A DNA stretch of 64,000 nucleotides. Source: Octopus sinensis. Lineage: Eukaryota. The DNA is taken from NCBI RefSeq assembly GCF_006345805.1, contig NW_021832124.1:124001-188000 (forward strand), given 5' to 3'. Positions within the stretch are counted from its first letter, which is position 1; each line of letters begins with the position of its first letter. The translations under genes and the position numbers were made by a program. The notes beneath the pieces are model-generated. The model saw nothing but the letters and a program-made list of their open reading frames with translations, made no database searches and was not told where the DNA came from. Positions 59,950-64,000 of this stretch are shown in pieces.

Positions 59950-62782
59950 AAAAGATTTGTGTGACTACTTTTCTAATGCTGTTAACGAATTATTAAGTTA
60001 TGATACTCACCTTCGAAGATTTGATTTCAGAAAAAAACCACAAAAATATTAGAATTTATTAATAAATAATTTCAATTAGTCATTATGTAAAAGATTTATT
60101 CCAACTTGCATATTTTGATGTTTAATCTTCATAATTGTTTGTTCTAAGCGAAATACTTGTTCTTCCAGATCTGCCGTCTTCCTTTCTTCCATTCTTGTAT
60201 AAATAAACAAATTCCTCACATTAGTTCTTTCTGCTTGTAGTGTATGTGGCATATTTCATTATCGACTGTGTCGCTTACCGCGTCAGAGACCTCCGAAATT
60301 GAAAAGTTCTGAATGTGCCCATTATTTCCAAGATAAAATATTTCAGTTTTTTCCATAAAGTCGCCAAAAACTGGTTTCTTTGGTAGTTTAGAGTGCATTA
60401 CTTGGTGCAGGTCTTGTTTATTTTCTAGCAGGTCCACCTCTGAAATGGCTGTCGATATCCAATCAGAACAGCTCTATAAAATTTAATTGAATATTTTTAC
60501 TTTCTGCATTTCATTGACGCTTTCTTGTAGAGAAGTTTGCTTAAAGTTTTTAATATTTCTTTTAATAATAAAAAATAACAACTTGATTAGAGATTGATTA
60601 AGAGTTTCGAGGTTAGAAAAAAACTTTTGAATAATATCTCTGAGTGTGGTCGGTGGATGTACAATCTTTTCAGCCTTGTCGAGAATTTTTCTCGAAATTG
60701 ATTTCACATTGGGAAACAAGTGTAAAGAAAGATTCATATTTATGTAAACCATTTCATTATAACACTCGGAAATCTTAAAATTTATTTCTAAACTATACTT
60801 GATGGAACTTTGATTTGGCAATTATTCCGTCATTAAACGAGGCGAAAGCAAATTCTAGTTTTTTATCAAACACAATCAATTTGTTTCTGTAACTTAGAAA
60901 AATGAAACATACAAATCTACTCCTGCGAAATAATAACTTGAAAATTCTTGGATACTAATTTTTTCATTGCCAATTTTTAATTCCAATTCCTGAAAAAATA
61001 AATCGGACTTGAAATTATCTTTCTCGAGTTTGACTATAAGCTGACTGGAAATAGTCGACAACTCTGAATAAATATTATAGTTACTACCACAGTTGACTAT
61101 AAAAATATTTCTCAAATGTTCAATATAATCAGATATTTCATTTTCGAGTTCTGCAAACGTGCTTTCGACTGAAGAGAATTCATAGGATTCACTTTTGTAG
61201 CGATTGTTAAGACTAGACCATAATTCTGTAAACTTTGATAACAAATCCTTGATATCTTTAATGACCTCATTTGTAGCAATCATCGATGAGCCAGAAAATA
61301 GGCTAAACATTTCATGAGCGTCCTTTATATTTAATGTACTGAAATACCAGTAATAAACCATTTTTCAAAATTCCGCTGCTGGGAAACTAAAATACAACTT
61401 GATTATACGAATTAGTTTCTTTAAGTTTGATAGCTAATGATTTCAGTATTCTGAACGAGTTTTTCAATTGGTTCTGCAGTCGGTTGTGCAGGTCTTGGAT
61501 TTTTAGTGAAAGTAAAGACAAAGTCTCTTTACAACGATTCAGGTCTTCTGATGCCGAAATTTGATTGGCAGAAGCAATTTTTAAAGCCTCCTCATGCCAA
61601 GCAGTCTTGAGATGATTGAGAACTTCTACACTATCGTATTTACGCCCAGAGATAATCTAATTAATTAAAATAAATTAATACTTTTTTGAAAATGGTCCAA
61701 GCAACGGAATCCCAAAAAACACATTGCCGAGAAATGTTTTCTGCTTCCAATTCGATGATTTTACGATAAAACGAATTAGTCGTTACTGCCTGTGACATTA
61801 AGTCGCTGTAATTGGCAGAATCGTTTAGACTGAGTTTGAACTTAGTGTAACTAATTTATCGGTGTACGTCATTTATTTTTGACTGAAGCCCGCATCTCAG
61901 ATCACTGACATTGTCACGGTCTTGCTGTATTTGCCTGAAAATAACTCAAGTTTTCAAACCGAAATATTTCTTTATTAAAAATTAAATATTCTTGAACTTG
62001 ATCTCGGACTTTGTTTTCTACCATTTGCTTTGCAATAAGCTTTTCGTGGAATCTTAGATTTATAAAAGAAATATACTTTTTTACAAATACAGTAATATTT
62101 GAAATATCGCTTAAAAATTTGTTTCGTAGACTTGAAAGCAGTTGTCCTCTCTCAATACAATTCACGGTGATCTAAAACGTGCAAAATTGTCAATTAACCT
62201 GTCTGATCAACTCGTACATCACTTTGTTGTACATTTCCTGTTCATTTCGCGTGATTTCGATCAGTTCGTGAAGCTAAAAGTTCAATCTCGTTGCTTTTCT
62301 TACTACTGACTGAAAATTTGTCGGACAAGACACTTCAGTCAGTTCATATATTTTCTCTAATTTTTTAACTTGTTGTCTTCCTGGAGGACGACTATTTGTA
62401 AATTTAGCTCAATAGCTTATACAGAGAAGGGACTACCGTGTGATGGGACGCGTGAGAGATGGGAATTACTGTGTATGGTCTACAACACACAAATTAGATC
62501 TTTACTCTTTATGTAGTTCAATTTTTTCTGATTTTTTGTTGATAAAAAATATCATGTCGTCCGGGCTGAGTTCAAATTCCTAAAAGAAAATATAATCACA
62601 AACTTGTGAAGAATTTATTTTGCTTGAAATGTACGATGCAGGACATACAAAAGAAATATCATCTCTTTGCATTTTTAGTAAAAACTTTACTTTCCTGATC
62701 CACAGAAGCAAATCGAATTCTCCAACAAATGAAGAAACCTTTCAATTGTTGGAAAGTACCAGGCTTGATCCCTTACGCTCAT
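59950..62782 (-). CDS. AXDND1: Axonemal dynein light chain domain-containing protein 1-like, multi-exon (ends approximate)
   Basis: EQEMYNKVMYELIRQ|V.MNCIERGQLLSSLR matches the Ax_dynein_light domain, followed by coiled-coil exons separated by tiny introns. Confidence 0.65.
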
Positions 62783-63586
62783 TTTAGTCTAACAAAAATA
62801 TGTAAATATCTAATCCTTAGGAACTATAAAATACAGTCATTTTTTAATTTTTGAATAATTATTGTTTTTTGATAGTTTTTAAATTAATAATTTTTTTTCA
62901 AAATTCGACATAATTTTTTATTAATAAAGCATTTTCGGAAAATATTTATAATCGGTATATTGTAGTGAATTAGTTAATTTAAACAATCTACTTTTTTCTT
63001 GTTCTTTCATGTGTATCTTATCACAGTTAAAGATATCCTTGGTAGAATATGCTTTCATATTATTATTATAAGTTTTAAAAAACTTTTCTAACATTGATGT
63101 GTGGCATGATTTTTTTCACCAGAAATTAAAAAAAGTTGATGCTGTATCTCTAAACGATCAGGCCACTCATTGTAAGCTTTAAATTCGAATAAATTAAAAA
63201 TTTGAGTTAGTTTTTAGCGGAAATTGTAATAATAGTCATTAAAGTAATGTCAACTCAAAAAATAATCTTAAATTAATTTTTTCATTTTGTTAGATCTTGA
63301 ATCTCATATTTAATCTGCTTAATTGCTTTCAACAATTGATACAAGTTTAATCGAATAAACAAGTCAAGATTTCAAAATAAGACAAAATCGTTCTTAGTAG
63401 AAGACTTTAGGATAATAACCAATGATTGCTCGATATGACTAGGAAACTATCATGTCACATCAAAAAATAGTTCTAACGGGGAATCACATGAATTTGACAA
63501 AATTAAATATTTTTTGTTAATTAAGTAAATTATTTTGTGTTTCTAATTTTTAAATACTTTTGTCCAGTGTGCTCGTATTTGGCAAT

Positions 63587-63846
63587 ATGAAAATTGACGA
63601 AAAATCAGATGCAATTGCCCCTTCGAATGTCACAGCTTACGACCTGATCAAGATCACTGGCTGCGATAAATTTTATGATGCCGTACAAGTAAGAACCACT
63701 TTGTTGTAAATCCAGGATTGTTATTTCGAGAATGACAAAGACTGGAGACCATGTCAGTCAAAGTTAAAAGAATTTCAAAACTGCATGATTGTATATCTCT
63801 ATTATATTTCCAGAACTATCAAATGAATAAAGATAAAAATAAATAG
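63587..63846 (+). CDS. COA4: Cytochrome c oxidase assembly factor 4 (twin CX9C)
   Basis: DLIKITGCDKFYDAVQ|DCYFENDKDWRPCQSKLKEFQNCM. Introns of 27 and 23 nt. Confidence 0.85.
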
Positions 63847-64000
63847 TCTAAATTTTAACTTCTTTTGATATTAATTGGAATTCAAATTAACGGCCACTTT
63901 CTCTTTTTTAAACATTTTTGTAAATTAAGTTAACTTACTTTACTTGTCAAAATTACAAAATTTGTAAAAAATATTGCAAAAATTTATTTATAAACGCATT

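Noticed and set aside
1-64000. Alternative genetic code to explain in-frame stops
   Set aside because: Intact genes end in TAA (NRDE2, PRODH, PARL), TAG (HERPUD, COA4) and TGA (TTI1, SNUPN, SERP1). Most apparent stops lie inside tiny introns or decayed copies.

Overview
This is AT-rich animal nuclear DNA. All coordinates, splice models and family calls were read by eye and not checked against a database. The recognisable conserved genes are interrupted by extremely short GT-AG introns of about 22-30 nt, some with no polypyrimidine tract. With an ETS factor, a lophotrochozoan-type peptide GPCR and an axonemal gene (AXDND1-like), this suggests a reduced, ciliated bilaterian parasite such as a dicyemid mesozoan (inference). 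Bases ~1-44 kb are mostly a transposon graveyard: hAT, CRE, R4-like, RTE and I-group LINEs, Tc1/IS630, pogo/Tigger, a MITE, an integrase remnant, and a non-autonomous Helitron inserted head-to-head into a copy of itself. Embedded there are a duplicated minimal ETS gene, NRDE2, a cryptic bZIP-like gene, orphan ORFs, PARL and many short housekeeping-gene fragments (RPB10, RPL11, DOHH, kinase, EGF, Ig). Bases ~44-64 kb are compact and gene-dense: TTI1, a GPCR, SNUPN, a proline dehydrogenase, HERPUD-like, SERP/RAMP4, AXDND1-like and COA4. The most notable observations are: (1) a promoter CGTAATTT-N15/16-TATAAATA shared by both ETS copies and an unrelated 49-aa acidic micro-ORF; (2) the self-nested satellite-bearing Helitron; (3) a proline dehydrogenase with Gly at the Tyr/Ser substrate-specificity position; (4) a host-type 24-nt intron inside a Tigger transposase. 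I saw no rRNA, tRNA or CRISPR array.
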